In this document: positions 49,715 to 63,092 of the stretch, piece by piece
Numbering within the stretch: position 1 is the stretch's first letter
Layout of the letters: each line of letters starts with the position of its first letter
NCBI GenBank assembly: GCA_002633005.1
Contig: NMRA01000200.1
Location: 344,527-408,526, forward strand
Direction: 5' to 3'
Source of the DNA: Phoronis australis
Lineage: Eukaryota; Animalia; Phoronida
Length of the DNA: 64,000 bases
The notes under the pieces: model-generated
Seen by the model: the letters and a program-made list of their open reading frames with translations, nothing else
Database searches by the model: none
What the model was told of the DNA's origin: nothing
Translations under genes and position numbers: made by a program

Positions 49715-51842
49715 CATTCAAAACAACACCAGTCAATATTTTTTATTTTTCAAGGTACTCATTTAGTTGAATGGAAAGGTTTTTTTAATCTTTAGCTGAC
49801 ATCATGGCTGATTGTTTATGGCAGAGAATTTAGTGAATAGTTAACAATTCTGTATTATTTCAACTGCTGAGTTTGTTCATTAAAGTGGTTAACATTTCTC
49901 AAAAGGATGCTATATTGGTGATGTTTTTTTTTCAATTTCATCATTTAGCATAAGAAGCCTACAAATGTTGACATAACTCCTGATTTCTGGGGATTGAGTG
50001 GCCACTGTGGAGCTTACAAAATCTGAAGGCTCTATTCAAGTTGTAAAAAATAGTTTTGAATGTAGGTTTACAATGCTCAAGGTCAAGAATTATGTGGTTA
50101 ATGTTTCTCGTCAATTTTTGCTAAATTTAGATGAACACAAAAACAAGGTGTCAAATCTTTTGAATCTTGAATATTCAAATTTAGTGCATTTTAAGAGGAT
50201 TTTATTGCCATGAATATTCATCTTAGAGGGTAAGCATTTGTCTGGGTAGGACTATGAGATTTAGAATTAGTTTCTGATAGTACATCTTAAGCATTTATGG
50301 TAATTAGGTTGTTTATGCATAAATAAATAGTGGCAGTGAAATAATATTAGGACAATTCCATTTGTGATGGTCATACAGTCAGAGATCATTTTGATCAATT
50401 GTGAAAAGTTGTTTCTACCTAGAAAAGTAATTAATGCACTGCTGAGTCATCACTAATTCTGTCCCTGGTCTACAACATCCCCCCTTGTTTCTGGCTGTTT
50501 CAATCTCTCTGAAGCTCAGGAGAAAAAATAATATTCATCCATAAAAAAATGTGAGACCAGTGCTATTAATTTTCTATATGAATATGTAAAATCTGATGAT
50601 GTTAATTATCTGCTATGGAATCATTTCAAACTCATTACACAAATCACTGTAAACAACTGTGACAGAAGACTGTGCAGGTGTGACAAAAATGTGGAATAAA
50701 GTAGATCGCTGATTGTTACCACTGAAAAGCATCGACTTTTTCAACTCAAAATGGGACGGGGGGAGGGTGGGTTTGGAGTTTGGAGTAGGGATACCACCTC
50801 GATCCTGTCTAAACAGCAACATCACATTAAAATTTCAGGGCTCTTATTATTTTAAACTGCAGAGCATATCAGGAGGTTTTGTGTATAAATACTGTTTGCT
50901 TCTGGTATTTCCAAAAACTAAGAACATCATTCCTTACAATATGGCACAGCAACACAGGAACAATAGATGCGATCATTAAAATGTGTTGTTTTATTTATAT
51001 TTATTTAGAATGTGGTTTAACTGTGTAATTTTAACAAATTGAATTATAGTTTGAATACCGAGAGCACACTGAAAAACTTTTCGTCAAGTACTTTTCTATT
51101 GAGAAAGTCTATTGCATTTAGTTTATAAAAGTGCATACTTCTTGACTTAATTTTATATTGGTCTCAGTAATAGACTTAATAGTTCATCATTTTAGATTCT
51201 TAAGTAGAAGGCATATTTTATCTTCTGCAAGTCTGCAATGAAAGTAAAAAAATAAGAAGACATTTTTATTCAGTGCTGAAATTTTATTTCACATGATTTC
51301 TGACTTAATTCGATTTGGATTGAAAAATATGACATACCTATTAGCTTTTTAGCACTTTTTGTGGTTGACAGCAGCACCATTAGATATCAGGAGATTGCTT
51401 TTGACCCTGAGAGGTTGACAATATGCAACAGGTCAAATGATATTTTTGGATAGTTAAGGCTTCATGTGATTGGACAAAATTGATTATGCAGTGACATTCC
51501 TATAGGGTGCTTGTTAATTACAAGAATTAGCAACACATAAAAATTGGAGTGTTATTTTAGGTTCAGCTGACACCCAGAAAAAATGAAACTTGTTAGAAAT
51601 TGAAACATGGGTCCTAAAACTGGGGAGCTTGCGTTTCAGATGCGACCAGAAATTAAAATAGTTTTACTTTTTTGTCTTTAGGTTGACGTGGTCACTGAGT
51701 TGCTCATTTCGCATTGCACTGTAGAAGTATTTGAGGTGGCACTAACGGCATTCATGTCAATGCATTTTTCTGTCGTACTTGGAGAGTTCTTCTCGCCACC
51801 TTAATCCGCCTGTCCTATTCAATGTCTAAGGAAGACGGTAGC

Positions 51843-54800
51843 TCAGTCACTGGTCGTAACATCTCTGTGAGTTAGCTGAACTGCACCATATGTCACTGGG
51901 TCCTTGAGTTGTGGCCACTCTACTGTGGTGTCTGCACTCAGTAGCTCAGTATGGTTGTCATTGTCAGAGGACAACTGAAGGAAATCCTGGCAAAGCTGTT
52001 GAGCCTTCCTCTCTTTGCTGTGTTTTATGCCATACAGGAAATATATCAGCAAACCTAAAACAAGAGCGATGTTAGCCAGTGGTCACGTGTGTATGTGCTT
52101 ATTTCGTAGAACATCATTGGGAAATAATAGGCCTCTAAATGGACACTGTCTATCTAGATGTTTTTAGACTTCTTAAATGATATGGCAAGACTCATTTATA
52201 AAAATATAGTAGAAAGTCCACAAGGTATGATATTTCTGTTCTTGTCAACCCTTATAGATTCAAGGGATGAAGAGCCCTGTTAAAGGATCAGTTCGCTGCA
52301 GTTTAGCAGTCCGTGTGAATTTTTTAAAACAAACGGTTTGGGGTTTAAAAACTTTGCGGGTACCAGGGTCATCTGATCTCGAACTGTTACCAAACGAACC
52401 GGCAATTCAAGTTATTGACAATGCGTTCAGGCACCATTACCGGCTTGAATTCGCGATGGTTTCGATGTTCTTGTAACGGAAATAGAATCCTATCACTGGC
52501 GGTGTTGCTATGGAGAACCGTGACAGCTACTCAAAGCAAATAGGATTAATGCTCAGTGAAATAGACCACGCAACGTTGTGAAGTTACGTCATCGCGAAAT
52601 GCAGCATTAACTTTTAACGGGCAAGTCTCATTCGCGACTGTCACACGAACCAGGTATGGTTTAAATGTTCAATTGTGAGATTGACCAGGTAACTGGGCTC
52701 AGAGTGAAATGTAGCTTCAATTTAAGGGGCACGTCGTGCATTGAAAAGTTTTTTTTTGCTTCTGATTTTCCTGCACATGTACATCTGGCTCAAGTGAACG
52801 ACATATGACAGAATAAAACATAAAATATGGAAGTGAATCGAAGCTTTGGGTCATTAGTGTCTCTTTGTTGACTGGTAATGTTGACCGATGAAACAATGAC
52901 GAAAACGGTAGCCATGATGATCGCATATCTAATTGTTGCTGCCGTCTTCACTATTAATTTCTAACTTTTCTGTTTATGCATTTCGGTGTACATAGCTTTA
53001 AACGAAGACAGTACAGGGAAAGTTGAATTTGTGAATTATTTGTTTGATGAGATATTCTACAGTAAGTCTTTGGTTTTAGTTTGAAGTTTGCCTTTTGATT
53101 GTCGGTCTTCCGATGCAGCAACGTGTCTCCCTTAATTTAGCAATGAGATAACTCGATTCGAAAGTGTTACGTGCGAGACACCGGCAATTCGAATCCAATT
53201 CAAATTGGTCTTTGAACATTTTAGTAGGAGAAAATCCTCCTCTGTTGGGTAGGTGAACTTGCCAAATTACACTGGGCCCGGTCTCCAATCTTTTTACTCG
53301 AAATGGAACTCGAAATTAGGTTTGGCATTTTCTACGCTACTTTTGGGCGAACTCAAGATAAGTGTCTATTATTCTATGCTCGACTACACAATAACTTACG
53401 TAAATAATTTATTGCCCTTAGTTCACTTTGTAAACCCAATATTAGAGCAATAAGTTCGAGTTTGAACTCGAAAGTTCGAGTTTTTACTCGAGTTTGTATC
53501 ACGAATATAAGGGTCTTCAAGGGCAAACTTGAACTAGAAACCCCTATGCATAAACTATAATGTATTCGAGCACAGGCTGATAACCAATTATCTTAAGTTC
53601 GCACAAAAGAAGCAGAGAAATTGCCAAAAATAATTTCGAGTTCGTTTCGAGTACAAAGATTAGAGACCGGGCCCTGAACTCAAGTCTCAAACTCTAAATA
53701 TGTTATTAAGATTGCGAATTCTGCAGTGGTGGGTCTCACCTGTTTGAAACCCCTAATTTTTTCTTTACGTGTTTGGAGCGTTTTGTCGGAGTGCAAAACT
53801 TACATCCAAGAATTAATGACCGGAAACGACTTCTCTTATGTTACCGCCTCAAGAACCTTACCTATTGCCATCCAGACGGCGAGTCGTAAGTAATTGACTG
53901 TTGTCAGATTAGTCGCCAAGAATGTCATGAGAAGAATACTTAGAGATGGTAGGAAGGGAACGAACGGAACCTGCAAAAAGATGAAATAAGTTTTAAACAA
54001 ACAACTGGCATCAAGTTTGGGGGAAACGAAACTCATATTTCCGTACCCAGTTTAGGCGGCTGAGGTGAATAAAAAATTGCCAAGTCGTCGACAAGACCAA
54101 TATGACATATGACATGTATTTTAAGATTAAACCAAGATTGTGCCTGGTTTTGAATTTTTAGGATTATGGGGCTTCCGAAGAGTGCCGAATCAGTTTTCAC
54201 CTTTGAATAACGGGTGTCAAATTCTTAGAATTCTGGACCCGCCATGAACCCGTCCACATCTGGACCCGCTATAAACCCGTCCACATCTAGACCCGCTATA
54301 AACCCGTCCACATCTGGACCCGCTATAAACCCGTCCTCATCTGGACCCGCTATAAACCCGTCCACATCTGGACCCGCTGTAAACCCGTCCACATCTGGAC
54401 CCGCTATAAACCCGTCCACATCTGGACCCGCTATAAACCCGTCCACCATCATAAATAACAAAGTGTTGATTTAGACCACTTCCCTTTGTCAAACTGGACA
54501 CGTTTGTTATTGCTCGAGACCAGGCTCTGTGAGTCAGCTTTTCACGGCGCATCAGTTTATGCAGCGACTGAGGTCTCAGTGAGGAATACCCACTGAAAGT
54601 TGTTTGCAAGCACAGAAATCTCTTCGTTTTAATAAGGAACAGGATGAAGCCAATTTTAAAGCGTGAGGTGGTCTGAATAAAAAGTTCACTTCTCGCACAA
54701 AATTTTTGTTCTTAAAAGGAATCGGAAACTAGCTACTGTTCGTTGTTTTCTGAAACTGGGCATATTCTTGTGAACCTGTTATTAAACTGAAAGGTTTTGG

Positions 54801-56438
54801 TCGCATTTTTTACACAGTTCATCAATCGAGTTTGGGTAATGTTTTTAAATTTCGAAGTGTAATGCAATGTTTATAGTATACCTTAAATGGGACGTGATCG
54901 ATCTCTTTACATTCGTGAAGGTACATTGTCACGACAGACATTATGATTGCTGAGAAGATGAGAATGAGTAACAGCCACGCCCACCAGTCGCCTTCCTCTA
55001 AGTGACTGACACCGTATCTTATCAGAACCCAAAAGCCAATGCTAAGTGTCAATAAAGAGAAAACGGCTGCTGTGACAGCCATTCCCGGTTGACAAGTCCG
55101 AAGTAGAGGTACATTCGCGTATCTCTTCTTGAGATGACCAGCTTGTTGGTTTTCTTTGTCTTTGTCCTCTGCTTGGACTAGGTTGTGCTTTTGTGAATAC
55201 CGATGAAGAATAATGCTGATGGCAACGATAGTGTAGGACATTAACACTCCTAACGACAAGAGTTCCGTTAAAAATTCTGAATTGAAAAACATTGCAATAA
55301 CTGCTGCGAAGACGGTGCACACTGCAACTGCTACTTCGGGCACTTGTCTCTTCCGGCTGACTCTTGCAAACGTCTCAAAAAAGAGACCATCTGAGGCCAT
55401 TGAATAAATAATTCTTGGTAAAGTATAGGTGGTCACTAATAGACTGGCACTTGTACTGATCAAAGACGAAGCTGCAACCACGTAACTCGCCCACGTGATT
55501 CCATTTTCTTTAAATGCTGATGAAAACGCGCTGTTTTCGTGTATTTCATTGAACGGAACCAAAAAAGCTAATACCATAGACATAATAAGGTATATTGTAG
55601 TTGATGCTGCGGTCGCAGAAAATATTGCAAAAGGAACTGATTTGGCTGGCTTTATGGCCTCTTCCGCTGCAATTGTTATAGCATCTAATCCATTGTATGC
55701 GTAGAAACAAGTAGCGGCACCTGCAAGAACACCTCTTACTCCAAAAGGGAACATCCCCTCAGTATTTTCTTCTACAAAATTACTAGAATTGGCGAAGTAG
55801 AAGCCCAAAACTGCGGTGAAGGCTGTTAAGCACAAATTAACAGTCGTTAGGATGCACATTGACAATACTGTGGGTGTTGCGCCGGCGAACACCAGCATTC
55901 CCGCGAATAATACGACTGTGAAGGCCAAGATATCCGGGCTATCGGACATAACAGTATCAGGATGGAGCACTGCTAAATATTGTTTTTCCCAGTTCGAAAT
56001 CGTATTATTAACGATATTATCAAAACTGGCACTCAAAGTTATCGCAATGGCGGACATGCTCAGCAAGTATTCCAAGATAATGTTCCAGCCGGCAATAAAC
56101 GCGAAGATTTCGCCCGCCACTACGTACGCGTATGTGTAGGCCGATCCTGCCTTAGGTATCTGAGCCGCGAACTCGGCGAAACAAGCAGCGGATAAAAGCG
56201 CAATAAATCCTGCCACAAGAAAACTCAGGAATGTCCCTGGTCCGGCAACGTACTTTGTAACATTACCAATTATCACAAAGTTTGCCATGCCGAGTGTTGC
56301 GCCGATCCCTAGTAAAGTCAATTGTGACGTTGTGAGGCATCGCCGTAGCGGTGTAATGAGCTGACTGTCATCATCAAGGTTCTTCAGTCGACATATACTT
56401 GCCAAAGAACAGCATTGGTTCTTTTTTGCACAAGGCAT
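51843..56438 (-). CDS. SLC7A4: Cationic amino acid transporter family member, SLC7A4 (CAT-4)-like, 3 coding exons, 625 aa
   Basis: Exons 56438-54882, 53970-53862, 52054-51843; phases consistent, total 1878 nt. Motifs LRRCL..LTLLGIG, AGP, AEF..PKAGSAY, AFIAGWNIILEY, PFG..GVLAGAATCFYA, EEA, LPRIIYSMASDGLFF, VPFVPFLPSLS, IYFLYGIKHS. By recall it most resembles SLC7A4 (RLK.L.D N-terminus, QVP, LSLG). A splice acceptor lies directly before the ATG, so an upstream exon exists that I did not locate. Confidence 0.88.
53275..53673. mobile_element. PIF/Harbinger-like MITE (~40-bp TIR, CTG TSD) in an SLC7A4-like intron
   Basis: CTG|GGCCCGGTCTCCAATCTTTTTACTCGAAATGGAACTCGAAATTA ... TAATTTCGAGTTCGTTTCGAGTACAAAGATTAGAGACCGGGCC|CTG. 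Confidence 0.88.
54232..54446. repeat. 27-bp minisatellite, 8 copies
   Basis: Unit TCTGGACCCGCTATAAACCCGTCCACA. Confidence 0.95.
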
Positions 56439-58349
56439 CTGAAAAATAAACAGGGTTGCATCTCATCACGTGAGAACATACTACAGTAGGTTTGCTTTTT
56501 GGATTAGGTTCCTTTGAAGAAAACTGTTTCAGTGGTTCGGGCACTATTTACCTGCTTTTATCCTGAAGCATAACCCTTGACTTGTCAAGCGGCACACTCA
56601 ACACTGTTAAGTTTTATGCCCTAAGATTTCCAGAATAACGTTACTGGGCAAAAGCAGGTAAATAGTGCCGAACGCTGAAACAGTCTACTAACTCCACAGT
56701 TTTCTTCAGTTATAGCATAAAAACTCAACAGTGTTGATTGTGGTCGCTTGACAGAAGAAGGTGTAAGAACGACATTTGTGAACAACTCGAAGTGCTGAAT
56801 ATTCGTTGTTGTTCAGCCGGTTGACGTTTACGGTTCAACGACACCCCGTCGAGTAGTTAATTTTGTATTTTGCCAAACAAAAAGAAAACTTGCATTATGT
56901 AGTTTTGCTTCAGTTGGTTGACCAGTTGGTAGGCCTTTTTTCATACACTTAGTAACAACAGTGGCACCATGCGTCGCGCCACAAGTTGACACTGTTAATG
57001 ACGTCAATGCCAAACGTCAAATTTGTGACAGGTTTCGTCAAAGCGTCCTCTAGCTCGTTGAGTTAGAATTATTAGTTAGTTGACCCACCTTCTACAGTTT
57101 GCGTGCTGACGACTAAAGCCGCAAGTCAAATTTCTGGCAGGTTTCGTGAAGCGTCTACCTATAGTTAAATTGTCCCACCTGTTACATTTTACGTCCTGGC
57201 AGCCGACTAAATGATAAAATAGGTGTGGATCAATAACCGTTTTGTTCATTTCATTAACATTAATGAACCCTGATGTGCGTTTTATGCTGGCGTGCGTTCC
57301 GTAGACGCTTAGCGTAGACGTAGGCATTTATTGCAAGCGAAGCACGGTGATTACAACAAACTTCCTTAGCCCATTTTCACGAAAGGCGTCTCTATAGTCG
57401 GCTGGCGGCAATGACAATAATAAAACACGCTAGTACTGGCTTACGTAGTAAATGTCCTTAGCCCGATTCTTACGAAACTCTATCAAGATCTTTAGTTTTG
57501 TTGCCTTGTTAGCCAGGATGTCGAGTGCTACGCCGGCAACGGGTATTCCAGAGACATTTTATTCGCGGATGAGCTAGTCAACCCACCTGGCTAAAAGCTA
57601 CTACGGGGATTGCCATTTGTCCAAAAATCACCAGGATTAAAATACATGGAAATTCCATGCACACAGTCTTTCTAACATCTGAAGCATTGAAAACCGATGA
57701 GAATCTGGTTGTTGTACTCGCAGAACAATTTTGTTTAATATTCGGGTTTGAGTTTTATGGTAGATTGCTCTTATTATATAATATCACAACCAGAACTCCT
57801 CAATTCTGAAAAAGTGCATCAGGTTTATATTGCGCAGCGTTATACTTCAGGATAGATCTTTACTGGCGGGATAATTAAACAGTATTGGCGTGAGAACCGT
57901 AGTCGTTAGGTCATTAGCATAGCATGGTCATTAAATTGCACTCGCGGTGAAAAATCTTCGCTTATGGAAAACAATGAATTCAGTCCCACAATTCAACTTT
58001 TCTAGGATAGGTTAGCAAGCTCAGTAGGAATGCTGAACCACTTGAGAAAACCTCGCTTTAAACTCATGCGATTTTGCTCGTTCTTGCGAGACCTTGGTTT
58101 TCTCAAATGCCAAAACTAGAGTACGAGATCTAGAACAGCATGTCCTGCAGCAACTTGTCTAGCGTCCACACTACACACCCTGCACAAATATGGCGCAAAA
58201 ATGATTAGATACCTCTATATGTGTAACTGGGGAAGCGCACGGTTGGTAATTACTTCCGCCTTGTCTGCGAGCTTGCGTCCACACTAGCTATTACTTGCGC
58301 TGCTGTACCGTAGACCAACATACCCCTACCTCGATAAGGTGGGGTAGGT

Positions 58350-59200
58350 TGTCACACATGAGCCAAGTTGCCCTAATGCAAATAATATCCACACTAGTGC
58401 TAACCCATCAGTCAAGTTGTGCAGTTCGGAAGCCGGATTGACGTAAGGGACAAACAGTACACCCCCGCCGGTCGACACCTCCTCGAGCGCCCCGCTCGGT
58501 CGACAAAGGCTCCTTGGTGCACCCCCGGTCGGTAGCTCAGTGTGTGATCTGTCCCCTTCCCGGTTAACAGTTGCCTGGCGCTCTTCCCCACCCCTCTCCC
58601 GTCGACACTTGTTTGTACCCCCTGTCGACAATTACCTAAAATTGACGCACTCCCATCTCACCGGCTTCCACCTGTTTGGTGCCGCGAGCGCCCATCTGGG
58701 ACCCTTTCGTACACCCCCTTCTACTGGCGCGGTAGCAGCTACCCTTCCCAGCCTGACCCCACTTGCTATGCCACTGATCCTGTGTGCCGGCGTCTAGGCA
58801 ACACGTAGGCCCTCGGCTGGCTGGCTAGGGCCTACAATACTTCCCATCGCCTTCTGTACTAATTCTGACCCGTGTATTTTAAACGGGCGGCAGGCGAAAT
58901 CCGGCTGAGAGGTTTTGGGTTTGGCATGGTATAAACGGCTTTGCGAATACAATCGTTCACACGGCGCGTAGATAATAATCAGTCAGTTTTATTGTGCCTA
59001 GCCCCACAACGCAAAACAACTGGTATAGCCTCCAGCGCCAAGACCAAAAATCGTTCGTAACTATAAGACGGTCGGTTACCAATAAAAGTGAATAGCGATT
59101 GCACTTAACGAAACAAAAACGGTTGCAATGATAAAGTAATATAATGTAATATAATATAATATAATATATTATAATAAAATTACTACCAAACCTTGTGACA
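58350..59200 (+). mobile_element. Possible LTR-like segment
   Basis: TGTCACA...TGTGACA inverted ends, a purine-rich run just upstream, TATAAA at about 58930, AATAAA at 59081, and a GC-rich interior with GTCGAC repeats. No TSD found. Confidence 0.3.
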
Positions 59201-61409
59201 ACTCGTTCCAGGAGTAACTTGTAGGGGAACTCGTAGTGGCACTTTGGTCTACGGGACCATCTCTAGAAGCTTCCCAGCAGAAGGTCATAAATCAGTTAAC
59301 TTCGTCATTACAGGTAGACTTTAATGTTATTTTTCGTGTGATCGGCACGTGGTTTGCACGAACCAGTACTCGTGAAAAATTGGCTAAAGGGAGGAGAAAT
59401 GTTTTATTTGAAAAATCATTATACGTCATGCTCTTATTCTATATTTGTACAAAAATGAAGTTAAACACGACGTACACAAATGTCATATTGATCCCCGAGC
59501 GTGTGGGGAGCCCGGGAGGGGGTACAACTAAACATTCTGACATGTATGGAGGTTTGGGCATTAGAGTGAAAGATTGATTTCCAGGGATTGATTTCCAAAT
59601 CTAGTGGACCATGCACCACGCAGCTTCGGCTAGCGGCCCATTGGCTGTGGCTGTTTGCCTGAAAAGACTCTAGAATACCGAAATGACTACACCGAGGTGG
59701 CCTCGCTTCGGTAGGAGTAGTTTGGTGACATTTCTTTTGAGCGAAATGGAGAAACAATTCAGGTTTTTGTTTTGCCGGTCGGTCCAACCTTGGGGCTACA
59801 TGGGTATGTCCGAAATTCACCCAGTTCTTTTTTATGTCAGCTATCATACCTGTTCACGGTGTTGTTTCAGACCAGTATGGCATCCATCGCTCATAGGAGA
59901 CTTTTGGCTCCAGTCATAAAGAGAGACCTACCTGTGTTGTCAACATTTTTAGCAAATGTGCAACATGACATACTGTCTTCGTTCAGTGGAATGCAACATT
60001 CTTACACAATGATTGAACGAAATGTGTCTCCCTCAGAATGTAAATCATAAATTTTGGAGCCCAAACGAAATTAAATTTAATGGTCTTCAACACCTCGACC
60101 ATCGTATAGTGTTGACTTCCATAATCTTGGGCTGCAGAGCAGATAGGCACGCATGTAACTGAGACCCAATAACAGAACACCGGGAAAACCGATGTAGGTG
60201 CGAACAGTTTATATGTCCAAGTATCACCGTGTGTTTTAGGACAACTAGTAGTACGCCTAATTCAGATGAGTCGGGGAGATCCAAGAACCAGCCATGATGA
60301 TCCAGTGGCGGATCCTCAATTCTATGGAGTTACTCCTTCGTCAAGGCCCCACTTCGGCTATGAGCACAAATATGAAAACCGCCAACGGCAATCCTATTTA
60401 GGGAATATTGCCACCGTAGTCCATTACAAACTGTCCGGCACCGCCATTGCGTTATTATAAAACCACTAGTGTTCATTATGATGATAAAAACAACGACATA
60501 AATCGGCCCTACTGCACCCCTAGATCTGCCCAAAATAGGGCATGCTCGATGTCCAGTTGTCTTACTGTTCTTCAGATGAGGTAGCGGTATTCTCCCGGGA
60601 ATATACTCTCAGGGGCTGCATATTTGGACAAAATTAACTCAATAATTTTGCAGTTCATGAATCATGTTTATAAACCTCTGAGGAACTTGGCGCTAAGGTG
60701 ATGATGATATTCTTCATTATCAAGTGACGAATCACGAGACATCGGGTCCTTGAATATGCAATAGCATTCCACATTAGTTTTGGTTCGTTTAGATGATGAA
60801 GACTACTGAAAATATAAACTGTCGCATAATATTCCTTACCTTGCCAGGATTTTGTGCTCGGTTGCATGAAACAGTCCCAAATAAGGACTCAACCAAGTTC
60901 CCTAAATCTACTGCGTATTTGTGGATTTGTGAAAACACCGATTGTCCTTCCTTATGCTGTTTTAGTTTCATTACTAAGTCATCTTTTGGCTTTGATACAA
61001 ATCGAGAGTGAACTCGACGTTGAATTCTCAATATTATCGAAAATAAATAGGGATCTTTTCATGCAACGCCCCTAATTTAGGGACTAAGTCCCTATTTATT
61101 TTCATTGAATTCAGGGCTTAGTTTTTAGTTATGCTCTTAGAAAATATCAATTAGTTAAACAGGAGCTCATAATAAAGCTAAACTGACATTAAAAAGTTTA
61201 CATCTGTCAGTAAGGCAAATAGACAAAATAGGCAAAAGATTTAGGGAACTTAAATGAGTCCCTGTTTCATGTAACACGACACTGTTTCCCTTACCAGTAG
61301 GAACCTGATCTGTGATCAGCGATTGAAGAGTTGAGTGAGGTTAGCCAACCCAAAACTGTGAATTCGAAAATGTCGGATGTAGGCCTACGCATTGTCTTGG
61401 CCAGCCTGC

Positions 61410-62294
61410 TAGCTTTGGTACAAAGCTGTAAACTAAATATACAGCTTTGCGCCGATGTGGGTAAAAAGTGGTAAGATAAAATCTGACACAAAATTAGTGT
61501 CATTAAAAACTAACGTCTTCCTTGAGTAAACTAAATTATTTAACAGTGTTGGAAAAATGGCGTTCTACCGTTATTCTGCTGCTAAGGTTGTGGAGCGATC
61601 TTCTGATTCCCAGATTTTGCATGCACCCCGTCCTGTCTTTAGCTCTACATGCTGATACAGGTTTCACGGCGAGTTGACGAGTAGAACTACCCTAGCTGTG
61701 TGCAATTTCGGGGTCTATGGAAGAAAAACACACATTGGTACCTAGTTGTATATTGACGATAGTCTTCATACAGCTATCTGGCTGGCTACATTTTCTTGCG
61801 TCATTCTCGACCTTTTGTAACAACGAAAAGTATGTTGTCGTTTTGAAAACAGTACGCTCGTGTCACGCGCATGCACCATTTCCTAAATTTTTGCGACAAC
61901 TTCGCAGCAGCTAAATTTGTTCTGAAATTCGGTTTTTCGATATCGAAATTCTAAAAACTTATAATGAAGTAAATCAGTTCCAAGAATTTGTTGTGACGTG
62001 TACGCAACCACGTGGAAGAACAACAGTCGATTGAAGAATCGGCGACTTAAGAAACTGACCAATTGGTGACGCAATATTTCATGGCGCCGAAAGCCGACGC
62101 AGAAGACCACTCTGCAACTTTAGCAGCAGAATTACGCTAGAACGCCATTTTTTCCAACACCGTTAAATAATTTAGTTTACTCAAGCAAGGGTAGTTAATG
62201 ACACTAATTTTGTGTCAGATTTTATCTTACCACTTTTTTACACCCACATCGGCGCAAAGCTGTATACTAAGTATGCAGCTTTGTACCAAGGCTA
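61410..62294. mobile_element. Foldback element with ~190-bp TIRs; member of a modular family also present at 23.7-27.0 kb
   Basis: 61410-61600 is the reverse complement of 62110-62294 (TAGCTTTGGTACAAAGCTG.. / ..CAGCTTTGTACCAAGGCTA). The same arm occurs at 26776-26965. Confidence 0.85.
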
Positions 62295-63092
62295 CACAGG
62301 CGCTTGAGTTTATCTGTTCCTCGATCACCTCTGACGTCACTCACTACTAAGAAAACATTAAGTTTGGACACTAAAATCGGTTTGCTCTAAATTTTCTACT
62401 GAAATGTGCATGGAACTCCACGAAATTAGGCTTTAATCCATTATTTTTCTTTAGCTAGGGCGGAATGCAGTTTCAACCAATGCTGCGGCGGCTTTGTCCC
62501 ATACTATGAAAAGTGTTTGTTGCGGCATTCAACAAACATTGCTGTGACGGTTTTAACGAGTTAAACTAACAGTGTGAATTAGAGCAAAGTAATTCTTCCT
62601 TTTGAATCTTCACAGAGGAACCTAGTTCTTGCAGAGCAACGACTAGTGGACGTCTCATCGACTGAAACTTGCAGATTTCACTATTTTTTACCACATATAT
62701 GTCGTCGCGAGCCGGTCAGTCAGTCATGGCGGGGCCCGACTGAGCCAACGCTACGTCGTAGGGTAACTAGCCTCTTTCACTGCTGTGACCTACCCGCAAG
62801 GAAAACTTGAGCTATAGCTTGTCAAGCTAGGTACAAGAAACACCTTGGTTATGAAAACTGAGTTCCCTAACTTTTGAAATTCTAGGCTTGCATATGTCAC
62901 CAGGTACTCGCTTACTACCGACGTTCGAAATACACCTGGTCCGGTGTCCCGGTGCCAGTGGATTTGCGACCGGGCCAGTTACTTTAAAAAGTTAACTTGG
63001 CACCTGGGCCAGTAAATTTTCAGATTAACTGGCTCTGCGGGCCAGTACATTTATTTGCTGACGTTCGAACACTGAGCTTACTACAATGTAAA

